Positions 48,154-60,567 of a stretch of 64,000 bases of DNA are shown one piece after another. The position numbers were made by a program, and so were the translations under genes. Every line of letters starts with the position of its first letter. The stretch's first letter is position 1. The stretch is from Octopus sinensis (lineage: Eukaryota), in NCBI RefSeq assembly GCF_006345805.1, contig NC_043007.1, positions 20,956,001-21,020,000 on the forward strand, in the 5' to 3' direction. The notes beneath the pieces were generated by a model that saw nothing but the letters and a program-made list of their open reading frames with translations, made no database searches and was not told the origin of the DNA.

Positions 48154-49038
48154 TAAAGAGAGAAAACCTAAGAAGTAATTTAAACAGACTTAAGAACATT
48201 TGTCTTTATAGATAAGGAGAGACGAATGAAATGTCATATTGCAGAATAGTTTTAACTGGTTCCAATATTTTATCTTTTTCTTGCTTCTTTTAATGAATAT
48301 GGATGAGTTGTGTAATTAAGGAAGAGATGCAGCCAGGCATGTTACACAATTCAAACTAGGCTAGGTGTACTAAGCCCACTATCATAATACACATGTGACC
48401 CAAACAGTTTCATTCATAAAGTATTATTAGCTTTATGTTACACCCACTGAAAAGATGGAGCAGACCGTACAGCTTTTTATGCTTGCTTGTACAGACACTG
48501 TCGAAATATCATAATGGCTTAATTCTGATGATAAACTTAATCCATCACCTGGTTTAACACCTCCACATAGCAATTGCTTCCTTCAGGCGAGTCCGTCCTA
48601 TTGCAGGCATTCAAACCAGGTCAAATTCTTTCTCCGCCTTCCCACCTGGTTCAAATGCCTTGTACACACACACACACACAAATATATATGTGTGGCAGTC
48701 AGCATATTTCATTCCATAACAGTTACCTCTGATGAGCACAGGGTTACATAATCGAGCTGTTACCTAACACTCCATTGAACTCCTAGTGTGAAACCAATTG
48801 CTAAGATCAGCCATAATGGATATATAATAGCATACACTTTGATTAATTTATGTATATGTACAGGGGTTGGACAAAATAATGGAAGCACCTAGCATCATAA
48901 TTTTGATGATTTTTACAGCTGGATGCCCTTCCTAACACCAACCATGCACACACACACAGACAGACGGACAGATAGACACACACACACACACACATATATC
49001 GGAACTTGATGCGTGGTAACTGAAAGAGGAGCCTGATG

Positions 49039-49125
<87 letters not shown>

Positions 49126-49603
49126 TGTGCATGTGTATATGTGTGTGCGTGTGGTGTCTGTGTGTGTGTCAGTCCCCCCATCATTTGATAACTGGTGCTG
49201 GTTGCTTTCATCCCTATAACTTAGCAGTTCAACAAAAAAACACTGACAGAATCATCCCTACAAGATGGTGCCCCAGCATGGCCACAATCCAATGGCTGAA
49301 ACAAGTAAAAGACCAAAGATCACAAAATACATTTATGATATTAGCAGCTTTGTCACTAAGCAAAACTCTGTCATAACCACCAAAAACAAAACAAGAATTG
49401 AATGCTGAAGAGGAATTAATTTAAATGACCTGAAAATGGTAAATTTGGGAAAATTCTTTCAAGTTTAGAAGATCCACCATTAACAGTGGAGATCCAACTG
49501 TAAACTGGAGTTCCGAATTGACTTCACTCGTATCAGCGAAAGAAAATCTGGTTTACTAAAGAATTTTCCTTGAGATGAATATTCCAGTGGATTTATCATA
49601 CTA

Positions 49604-49997
49604 CTAGCAGTATCGCCCGGCGTTGCTCAGGTTTGTTTCGACCCTTTAGAATTGGAATTTTTGAAAAGTAAAAACTTTGCATTATGTTGCTTGTTATTCT
49701 CTTTAAGTGAACATTTTTCTGGTTGAAATACACCGAAAAATGACAACACAGCAGTCAAAAAATCGTAAAAAATAGGGATTTTCATAGAAAAAAAAGCACC
49801 TTTTTGATATAAGTAATTTTTGGTCTTAACATGGTCCGATTTGAATTTTTTTCTTCTACGGAACGAAGAGCAAGCCTTCTTCTATCATACTCTCAATTTT
49901 GGTCAACTTGCACCGCAGGGTTTCGGAGGAGATGGTGTTAGTTGAAGGCTACCAAACCTGCCACACACAGACAACTTCAGCTTTATTTATAGAGAGA
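49604..49997 (-). mobile_element. Helitron-like element
   Basis: A-CTAGCAGTATCGCCCGGCGTTGC start on plus; copy of 9371-9762. Confidence 0.8.
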
Positions 49998-50779
49998 TTT
50001 GGTAACTTTGATGTCTGCCTTGGAGGTGTGTGGCTAAATGGTTAGGGTGTTACACATATGATAGTAAGATTGAGGTTTCAATTCCTGGACTGGGTAATAC
50101 AGTGTGTTCTTGAGCAAAATATTTCATTTCATGTTTTCTTCTACTCTAGGCACAAGGCCCAGAATTTTGGGGGAGTGGGGCCAGTCGATTAGATCAACTC
50201 CAGTATGCAGGGGGAGGCTGGCAATGGCCATGATCGGTTGGTGCTTTTTACGTGCCACGGGCACAGGTGCCAGGGTAGGCTGGCAATGGTCACGGTGAAA
50301 AACAAAATAGGAATTTTGAAAGAAGCTTCCATAAAACTAGTTTATAAACATCGAATGGTTATGGGAATCCACCAGAATAAAACAGTAATCAAAGGGGTCC
50401 ATAGGTAAAAAATGGTTAAAAACCCCTGGTCTAAAACAGGCCTGACCAACTCGTATTACATTGCAGGTTGCTTTAATCACAGAAAGTTCTTTGAGGGACG
50501 CTTGTATACTTTATGCACTAATAGTCAAATAATCAAATTACAGAATCAAGAAATTTTTGTTTGTTTAAAATTATAAAATTGTAGGCTATTGTTTTATTGC
50601 CACTTCTAAATCAAAATAAGGAACAAGGATATCCAGAGGTAATGTAGTATGATCGTTTCATGCAACTCCATTTAATTGAACAATGCAAATATTACATCAA
50701 TTTAAGATGCAGAGCAATCTTCAGTTGCACAGAGACATAGAATTCAATTAAATTAGAACAGATGGACACATTAGAATAA

Positions 50780-52495
50780 TTATATCTAAAATCTCCAAGA
50801 AGTTAAGGAGATAGACAAAGAACATGCTGTCTCCACTTCAGTATAGGAGTTACTAAGTTTTCCAAGAAAATATACAATGTTACAAACTCTGCCTGTCACT
50901 GATTTTTTGTTTTTATGGGGTCAGTTTTAATTTATAGACTAGTTTATCAAATCCCTTGTATATCTAAGGCTGAGAGAACAGAGGGCAGTATCTGTTAGGG
51001 GTAGGGCTGAGGGAGCAGACAGACATAATTGGTATAGTCATAAAAATCAAGATTTATTAGAAGCAATATCATGAGGTTTGGTAAAGGAAGACTTAAAACA
51101 AGATGTTAACTGACAATTAAGGGGGTCACCCACTAGCAGACCATTGATAATGAAACAGGGGAAGTCTTATCATGCAGTACTATAGTTAAAATACTTTAAA
51201 CAATGTTGCTATATTGTATACAGTTAAAGTTTGGGATTATTCAAAGGATTATTAAGGAGAATATTATAATAAAAGGATAGAAATTTTTGAATACTTTTGA
51301 GTATATACTAAACTTTTACCCCAATAGAGGGAGGAAAAGAAATTATCCAAAAATAGTTTAATATTTATACATATTGTACACTTAACTCATCAGATGGTAT
51401 CTGGGAATATTGATCAATTGGTATATACTGGTATTAATAAAGGAGTATTGAGGTAAAGGAACATGCTAATTATTTATTAAGAACATTATAATCTAAACAG
51501 TTTATTTGTAAGTAGTGAATATACCAGTATAGTTTTATATAAGCTAAGTATGAACTTATAGAGGTACAAAATTAGATTAATTTTATAAATAAATAAAGGC
51601 TAATTATAAAATAATAAAGAAATAAAATAAAATAATCAAGTAGGGCAGAACACCATAGAAAAGGAAATAAAATGCCTTAATTACTAATACTATGGTAAAG
51701 TATATGTAGCTTATTAACACCAATAGAGAAGACTTTCTGAAGAAGTATAATGATTCAAAATATATTAGACTAAAAATTATATATTTACTTATTTAGCTAA
51801 TATCAATAAAAGACTGATGTCTGGTATCAGCTAAAGGAATATTTAAGTTATGGAACAATCATATTTTAAACTAATCCATTTTTTAAAAAAATTTTATTTT
51901 ATTTTTTTTTTAAACTAAGGATTTATTATAGGTTTAAGAGGTTATTATTGTTACTCCCTACATGATATTTATAGTTTCTTAGTGGTACTTGTTTAGAAGG
52001 GTTATTTATATAAAGGCCCTTGTAAAAACTAATATCAGGAGTATAGAGCCATTTAAGAAAGATATAAATCAAGTAATTTCTAAAGATCATTTCAAACAAT
52101 ATTGTCTTATTGTATAAAGTTAAAATTTAGGGTAATCAAGAAGATTATTAAGAATGAAATTTTAACAAAAGGTTAAAACTTCTTTCAATATTTTGAGTAG
52201 ATACCAAAATTTTACCACAATAGAGGGAGGAAAAGAAAATAGCAAAGAAATAGTTTCATATTTATTTACTTATTACTTATCTAAATATTAACTTATTTTA
52301 TGGTTTCTATGGAGATTGATCAATTGGGTTTAACTGGTGTTTAATAAGGGAGCAACTGAAGTTAAAGAATATGTTAACTAAATACTGATTTAATTAAATT
52401 GAACTATTTTAAGTTGTTGAGATGCTGGTATTGCCTTATATAAGATGAGTACGAATTAATAGGGGTACAAAGATTAGACTTATTTAAGGCTACTA
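50780..52495 (-). pseudogene. Very degenerate LINE RT relic, partly duplicated at 896-bp spacing
   Basis: Frameshifted ALDI..FDK (GCCTTAGATATACAAGGGATTTGATAAA) and SGVP.GS..SP-like traces on minus; 51170-51590 aligns with 52065-52490. Confidence 0.5.
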
Positions 52496-52703
52496 TAAAA
52501 TAATAATAATAATAATAATAATAAAACAAACATAATTTTCGTATGGTTTTTTTAGACATTCACTAGTACAATACTAAGTACAAAACCAAATATATGGCAC
52601 TCTAGGCATAACACCAACATGAACTTCCAACTTGTTGTCTCTTGAGGTATCTGGGTGAGACTTGGAGCCAACTTGTGCAAATGTAAAGCAAAAGTCAAAC
52701 ATA

Positions 52704-52738
<35 letters not shown>

Positions 52739-54101
52739 TTATCAGTTAGGGTAGAGCTCATCCTCACACCCACTTATCCTCATAAGCACCAAATATAGTC
52801 ATTTGAGCCCTTAAAAATGGGAGAACCAGAAGTCTTCAGTTGAGAATTGTTCCAACAGGGTCTGGTCAAGGAAGAATGGTTATGAATTTGGAAATAATTT
52901 AGTCAACAATCCACTGGTATTTTAGACTGGACTGGTTGCAATACCCAAAGTACCTTGGCTCTGGGGCATCTTAACCATTCAGGAGAACTGCAATGCAGAG
53001 ATTAGCACAGAATGTAGCTACAGAGGGGTAACAATGAATTTTGACCTAGATGCAGCCTGCTCAACCCCTTTAGAATGTAAGGAGTTAAGGACCAAAGCAT
53101 CTACATGAGGGAGAGTGAGGTCTCCTTCTCTGAAGACCTTCTGCATTTCAGCTCTCTCCCTAGAGTTTCTTACTACCTCAGGTCCCTTAAAATAGGTGAA
53201 ACCCATAAAAAACACACCTGTGTATGTCTGTGTTTGTTTGCTTTTCAATGCATCCCCAAAGTCCATCCCCTCCTCACCGTGGTGGGAGATGCTGGCAAAG
53301 GGGAGCATCAGAGCTATGACGTTGGGAACTTCGGTTCCCAGTAGGGCCACCCAAGGCGGATTGGTCTGACACCGAGTGGTATTAGGGCCACAACCCGGCA
53401 GACGGGGCTCTGGTGAAAAATCCTCGGAGTGTCTGTTTGGGCAACCGGCAGCTCCTCGGTTGTTCTGTCCTTGCGTCTGCGAACAATCTGCGGCAAACAG
53501 GATGTCTCTACATGCGGGATTGTTGGGGACCGTTTGTGAAATTCATATTCCCACGAAACTTCTTCCACTGCCATGGTTCGAGATGCCTTGAGGGTGGTAG
53601 AAGCCATCTCAACCCACCCAGGGTGAATGTCGCCACAAGTACAAGTAAGTAAGTACTTTTCAATACCTTACCTGTACTAAAATATAGGCCACCTTTTAAC
53701 AGTGTTTACTCATACAAAAGCCTTCTCTATATACAATGCATATACTTACAGAATCAATGTTAATATTATTTCAAAGAGTATTCAAAACGAAGATAATTAA
53801 GCAGAGCTATTTCCTTTTTCTGGGTCTGTGAAGCTTATTGATTCTACTTAAGTATGTGCTGGTTATTTATGTATAACAGAGACTCTATAAAAAATTCAGG
53901 TGTTAATGCTGTACAAACATGTGTACTGTTGCATGCAGCCCTAAATAATGATCAAATAAGAGCAATGAATAATTTGTTAGGCAATGATTACATATAGCCG
54001 CAGTAAAATTGATGAAAAATCTAACTTCATAACAGTATAAAGCAACTGGTGCAACACAAAATAGAATGGTATGGTCAAAATTAACACTCTGCCTACTATG
54101 G

Positions 54102-54788
54102 CAGTCACTGGTGACTCCCCATGTTATATTTTTAGTATACCTCAGGAGTCACCAATGACACCCCATACTACACTTGTAATATACCATAGGAATCACCAAT
54201 CACTCCCTGTGCTATATTCTTAATATACCACAGGAGTCACCAATGACTCTCCATAGGAATCACCAATCACTCCCTGTGCTATATTCTTAATATACCACAG
54301 GAGTCACCAATGACTCTCCATAGGAATCACCAATCACTCCCTATACTATATCCTTAATATACCACAGGAGTCACCAATGACTCCCCATACTATACTTACA
54401 ATATACCATAGGAATCACCAATCACTCCCTGTGCTATATTCTTAATATACCAAAGGAGTCACCACTGACTCCACATAGGAATCACCAATCACTCCTGTGC
54501 TATATTCTTAATATACCACAGGAATCACCAATGACTCCCCATACTATACTTGTAATATACCATCACAAATCACTCTCCATGCTATACTCTTACTATACCA
54601 TGGGAGTCACCAATGACTCTACAGAATATGCTTAATATACTATGGGGGGGACACTGGTGATTTTCCATACTATATTCTTAATATAGCATGGGAAACACCA
54701 ATGACTCTGTAAGCAATATTTTTAGTATGCCATAGGGGCCACCAAATGACTCCTCACACTATATTCTTAATACACCATGAGAGTCACC
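54102..54788. repeat. 44-bp minisatellite with 23-bp deletion variants and an internal hairpin
   Basis: GGAGTC/GGAATC unit starts at 54145, 54189, 54233, 54256, 54300, 54323, 54367, 54411, 54455, 54478, 54521. Confidence 0.95.
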
Positions 54789-55031
54789 TCGCCCATTTGA
54801 GGCTGAATGAGTCTAAGTGCTTTATAGGTGTGAAATCAAATCACTCTACAACTGGCCATACCAGTTATCTTCCCCAAAATATATTACTGTTCTAATGTCT
54901 TTAGGATGTGCTTCTTTTTCGGATATATAAATTACTGACCAATATATATATTGGTAAAAACGGTAAGATAACAAAAGAAAGAGACCTCAATATTATGTAG
55001 ATAGAGGAAATTCATCTGTAAATGTAATATG

Positions 55032-55193
55032 TGACAATTATTCGGTAGCCAAGATAAAACTCTGAGTTTCAGATGCCAAGGTGGAAATCCACAACACCAT
55101 CTCTTCGGTTATCTGGCCGAAGAGATGGTGTTGTGGATTTCCACCTCGGCATCCGAAACTCAGAGTTTTATCTTGGCTACCGAATAATTGTCA
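55032..55193. repeat. Fold-back palindrome (77-bp arms, 8-nt loop) with hammerhead-like motifs
   Basis: 55032-55108 is the reverse complement of 55117-55193 with 2 mismatches; (TA)n follows at 55205. Confidence 0.95.
55052..55114 (-). ncRNA. Variant type I hammerhead-ribozyme-like motif (candidate)
   Basis: AGAUAA-CCGAAGA-GAUG(..GUGG AUUU CCAC..)CAUC-U-GAAA-CUC A GAG-UU-UUAUCU: 6-bp stem I, core with U4C, GUU cleavage triplet. Confidence 0.5.
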
Positions 55194-57254
55194 GATATTT
55201 TACAGATATATATATATATATATATATGTATGTATATACACACATATAAACATATATATATATATATATATATATAACACATATAAACATATATATATGT
55301 ATGTATGTATATACACACATATAAACATATATATATATATGTATATATATGCTAGATGTGCACACAGACAAACACATGCATAAATGCATACACACACAAA
55401 CTCAGATGATTATTAATGAATATATATTTAAGTGGAAAATTAATTAATTATTTCTGTGAAATGATTAATGACTTGAGAAAAAGAAGAAACCAATAACATT
55501 TATGGCAGTGAATGGTCTGGGATTTAGAATCGATATATAAATTTCACAATTTTCAAAACGGAATGCAAACCAACTAAGCGGCAACAATTGAGGAAACGTG
55601 AATAAAACTCAAAAAAACATTTTTCCACTCCGTACATCCAGAAAAATCCGGATGAACATAACTAAATAGATCTGATACATGTATACATATTTGATATTTG
55701 ATATATTAATTCCCTCCAGTTGGAAAGCAATAAATGGTTTTTTTGGTTCTTAATATCGGAGTAATTTTGTTGTTTTTTTTCTTCCCGTCATAGATGAAGG
55801 AGACATCTATTTAAAAACACAACACATTTAATTTTAAAGTTGTCATTTATTACGTCTTTTCTATTTATAGTAACATTTCCAAAGCAAGGTGTCTACTGTT
55901 GAATATTTATTTATTTACATTAAACATTTTTTTATTTTTTTATTTTTCACCGACAGATTTTCTTTTTCCCCTGTTCGATAAAACTGAAATGAGGTAAAGG
56001 GGTGCCGAATTTCAGTTATTTTACAAAATAACTGTAACACCATATAAACCGATAAAGTGGAGTCCTTGAAATTCTGCACAAAATTTGTTACCATTGTTTA
56101 TTTTCTTTATGTTATTGGACAGCTTTTCAAAATATTATTAGCGTTTCTATGGAGACACGCCCACGCATTTTTCATTCTCATTTATCTCCCTTTAGTTAGT
56201 TGTAAAAAGGTGCAACATATTCACAAACAATTATTTGTTTTTGCTTTTTGCTTTTTTTTTTTCCTCAATGATAATTACATAAACAACACACAAATAATAA
56301 ATACACATTTTTTTTTTTTTTTGTGGACCGAAAACAAATTAGAATGCACACACGGAAAATTGGAAAAAAAAATAGAGTAGTGAAACCAAAGTATACATAA
56401 TTATACAGACGCAGGGAAAGAAAAATTGATTTACAGAAGGATAAAAACCTTCATCCTTCTTGTTGAACATTTTTAAATTGCTCTCAACATAAAATTTAGA
56501 ATGTGGTATGAATTGAAATCTTTTTGTTTTTTCTGTACTTTGCCCGTATCATTATGTAAGCTTTGAACACACAAAACTGCAATAAAACACACCACAGCTT
56601 GGCCTTTAAAAAAAATTCCTTGAATTAAAATAATCTTTGTTCAAAAATAACTTTCCCCACATGAAAAAATAAGGAAAAATAAGAAGGCAAAAATGTGGTA
56701 GATAAATAATTAATGGTTTTTTTTTTTTTTTGGAACTTTATTCAATGCTAGCATATATTTATAGGTATTTTTGATTTTTTTTTTTTTTGCTTTTTTTGGA
56801 GATGGTTTGCACCTTCCTCAGAAGTCATTTCATATAAGTAAAAACTCGCATAAGCACATCATCTGTGATTACTGAGATTATCTGAGGTACACACTGGTAT
56901 GTTTTGTTATCTGAAAATCATGGAACTCTCTAGAAGATTTTTATTATTTTTTTCTTTTTTGGTGATTACAAATTCTATTGAACATCATATCATTAAAATT
57001 AAAAAAAAAATTTTTAAAAAAAGATGTTTACAATAATTAAGTAAAATGTTTAGAAAATGTTAAGAATCTAAAACCAATTGCTAGAAACGGTTGCTACTTT
57101 TATTCAAAGTACATTTAAGCACACATACATACACACACACATTAAAACACAAACCCTTGTTTTTTTCTTACTCTTTAAGTGAAATAAATAATTAATTAAA
57201 TGTCAGGGTACACCACTAGAATACTCATTCTAAAATATCTTTCTCACATTTAGA

Positions 57255-57513
57255 GATGCAATATATATATATATATATTATATATATATATATATTATAT
57301 ATATATCATATTATACACACATACATATATATACATACATACATATATATATACATACATAATATATATAACATATTATATATACATATATATATACACA
57401 TATATATATACATGCATATATATACATACATATATATATACATACATATATATACATATATATATATACATACTCATATATACACATATTTATACATATA
57501 TAGCATACATGTA

Positions 57514-57563
<50 letters not shown>

Positions 57564-57610
57564 TATATATGTATGTATGTATAGATATATATGTGTATTA
57601 TGTGTGTGTG

Positions 57611-57640
<30 letters not shown>
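57255..57640. repeat. (TA)/(CA) microsatellite
   Basis: Direct reading. Confidence 0.95.
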
Positions 57641-57641
<1 letters not shown>

Positions 57642-57658
57642 ATTGTTTTGTTTACTAG

Positions 57659-57735
57659 TTGTAGAGAGATAGAACAAAGTAACACAACAAATTCTATAGA
57701 GATTAACTCGGAACAAAAGACAATTTCTTCACAAG
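57659..57735 (+). CDS. Candidate internal exon of an unidentified host gene
   Basis: TTGTTTTGTTTACTAG| acceptor, CAAG|GTAAGG donor, open frame [25 protein letters not shown]. Confidence 0.35.
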
Positions 57736-58515
57736 GTAAGGATATGATAGGATTAAATTTCCCCTTGGTACATTCTGATTGTGGTTGCTGAGAGTCAGGG
57801 TTACGTGTGAACAAGTCGATAATATAAATACTCAACACAATATATAAGTCAACTGTGCCTTCTTTTTTTTGGGGTTTTTTTTTTGCTTTCTTTAATTCAA
57901 TGGTGACACACCCTACTGGCCCAATTTTGTACATGCAGACTGACTTTGATCAATGTGCATAGTGTTATGTTTATAAAAAAATAAAACTCCTTTATACAGT
58001 TTGTAGAAATACATCGCTTAATCTACCTGCACCTTTTTGAATTTCAAATGAAAAGACTACAAAGAAATTAACAGATTAAAAGAGAGAGAATGAACCGTGG
58101 TTAACTGAAAAATATGCAATTTCACCACACACTGCCAAGAGAAACAAACTTTATCATATTGGAGTGGTATTTTCCTGGCAACTGATTTTTGATCTGTGAC
58201 CAAGTGTTTAAACCAAAGCAATTTTATCATAAAAGGGCCATTTTAGCTATCTAAAAAACACATGGAAAACTCATATATTAATTTCTTTTTGTGTTCATTT
58301 TTTGGGGGTGTGAAAATTTCCGTTGCGCAACTGTGGTCAAAATCATTCACAAGGGTTTTTAACAAACACTGTTGTTATGTTTTGTGACAACTAAAATGGC
58401 CTATTTTTCGTGATGTAAATTGCAACACATTAATTATTTACATGGGAAGAAATTATTGTTAATATTCGGAGAAAGGTTGGTTTAGTGTACAACTCAGATT
58501 AACTTTGTTTCAAAG

Positions 58516-58613
58516 TGGAAGATGAAGGGACCTTAGAACAGGGAGGAAAAGAATTCTTCGTCATGGACAAGGAATTTCTTTCAAAATTTGCAACAAAATT
58601 AATTATACTGTAA
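58516..58613 (+). CDS. Candidate terminal coding exon, phase-compatible with 57659-57735
   Basis: AACTTTGTTTCAAAG| acceptor, phase 1, (V)[31 protein letters not shown]. Confidence 0.25.
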
Positions 58614-58674
58614 CGAGAGTGAACACATTCTGATGATCTTCATGAAGTTTCCCTCTCTGCTCTTGGATATGTAC

Positions 58675-58691
58675 GTGTGTGTGTGTATATG

Positions 58692-58733
<42 letters not shown>

Positions 58734-58762
58734 ATATATATATATATATGTGTGTATATATA

Positions 58763-58850
<88 letters not shown>

Positions 58851-58895
58851 GTGTGTATATATATTATATATACATATTATATATATATATGTGTG

Positions 58896-58926
<31 letters not shown>

Positions 58927-59043
58927 GTGTAGTATATATATTATATATATATATAATATATATTAGATACATATATATATATGTGTTGTATATATATATA
59001 TATATATTATATATATAATATATACTATTATTATATATATGTG

Positions 59044-59092
<49 letters not shown>
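58675..59092. repeat. (TA)n-dominated microsatellite
   Basis: Direct reading. Confidence 0.95.
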
Positions 59093-59095
<3 letters not shown>

Positions 59096-59439
59096 AATAA
59101 CTTCATTTATATAACTACATTTATATAACTTCATATGCATAAACATTATATCTCATTATGTAAATGTGTGTGCATATGTATTTGTACCTGTCTATGTGTG
59201 TATATATGTATATATATTTAGCCCCCTTCATATTTTGAAGAGGTCTTAGGCTAACATGTTTTAGGGTCAGACAATATGCCATAAAGTTAAACCCTTTATG
59301 GACAGGAAATCCAAGTTAATCCCATAAACCAGCCTCCCCTAGTAAAAAAAAATCTATGTATGTATATACACACTCATAAATATACATATATACCAATGTA
59401 TATGAATATATTCATGCTATGTATATATGTAATATATAA

Positions 59440-59477
<38 letters not shown>

Positions 59478-59739
59478 ATATAAATATATATACATACTCA
59501 GTGGAAGCTGCTTACTGTAATTATGGATAATGTTATTAAATAGCTATTGTTATCATAAGTAGTGGGACACAAACATTTATTTGAAATGAATTATCAGTCG
59601 ATTCTACACTATTGGGAAGCTTCTTCCAAAAGTGATCACCAGAGGCTTTTACAATATATAGGTACATATATTACATACGTGTGTGTGTATAGACACATAA
59701 ACATACTTACATACACACACACATCTATCTATCTATCTA

Positions 59740-59794
<55 letters not shown>

Positions 59795-60522
59795 TATATA
59801 TATAAACATACACATATATATATTTATAAATGTATGCATACATTATTTACATGTGTATATGCATACATTTATATATATGTATATATGTGTGTGTGGGTAT
59901 ATATATAGATAGATAGATAGATATTATATACATATAGTATATAGACAATTAAACTATGACCTTTTAATACCAATATTCAACTTCTAATTGTTGTTGGTCC
60001 ATTTCTTCTATTTATCTGTGTATATATATAATGTACATTATATATATTTATATATATATACACATACACACATGCATACATGCATGTAGACATAATACAT
60101 GTTACACACACAAGTAGTGATCACAAATTGTGAAGTCATGAATAAGAGACCACTTGTACTATGAACTTAGGTCGTTAAGACTATTCTAAGCTTCAAAACA
60201 ATTGTGATATGGCTTTTATTGTTCTCCGTGAGCAGACAACCAGAGAGAATGCTCTATGACAAATTTTTGTTGAAACTGACATTAGCTTCAAAGTCCTGGG
60301 CACTTAAAGTATTTCCTTAAAAAAAAAATTTGGTATGCAGACTCACATGACATGCTTTCATAGATATAGCACATGTATGTATGTATATATGAATGTATGT
60401 ATGCATGCATGTATGTTCATACAGTACATCATATATATATATGTATATATGTGTGTGTGTGTGTATATATATATATGTGTGTATGTATGTATGTATGTTT
60501 GTATGTACATGTTCATATAGTA

Positions 60523-60567
<45 letters not shown>

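Noticed and set aside
48606-48659. 16-bp hairpin resembling a pre-miRNA
   Set aside because: Stem too short with a 22-nt loop; single instance, plausible by chance.
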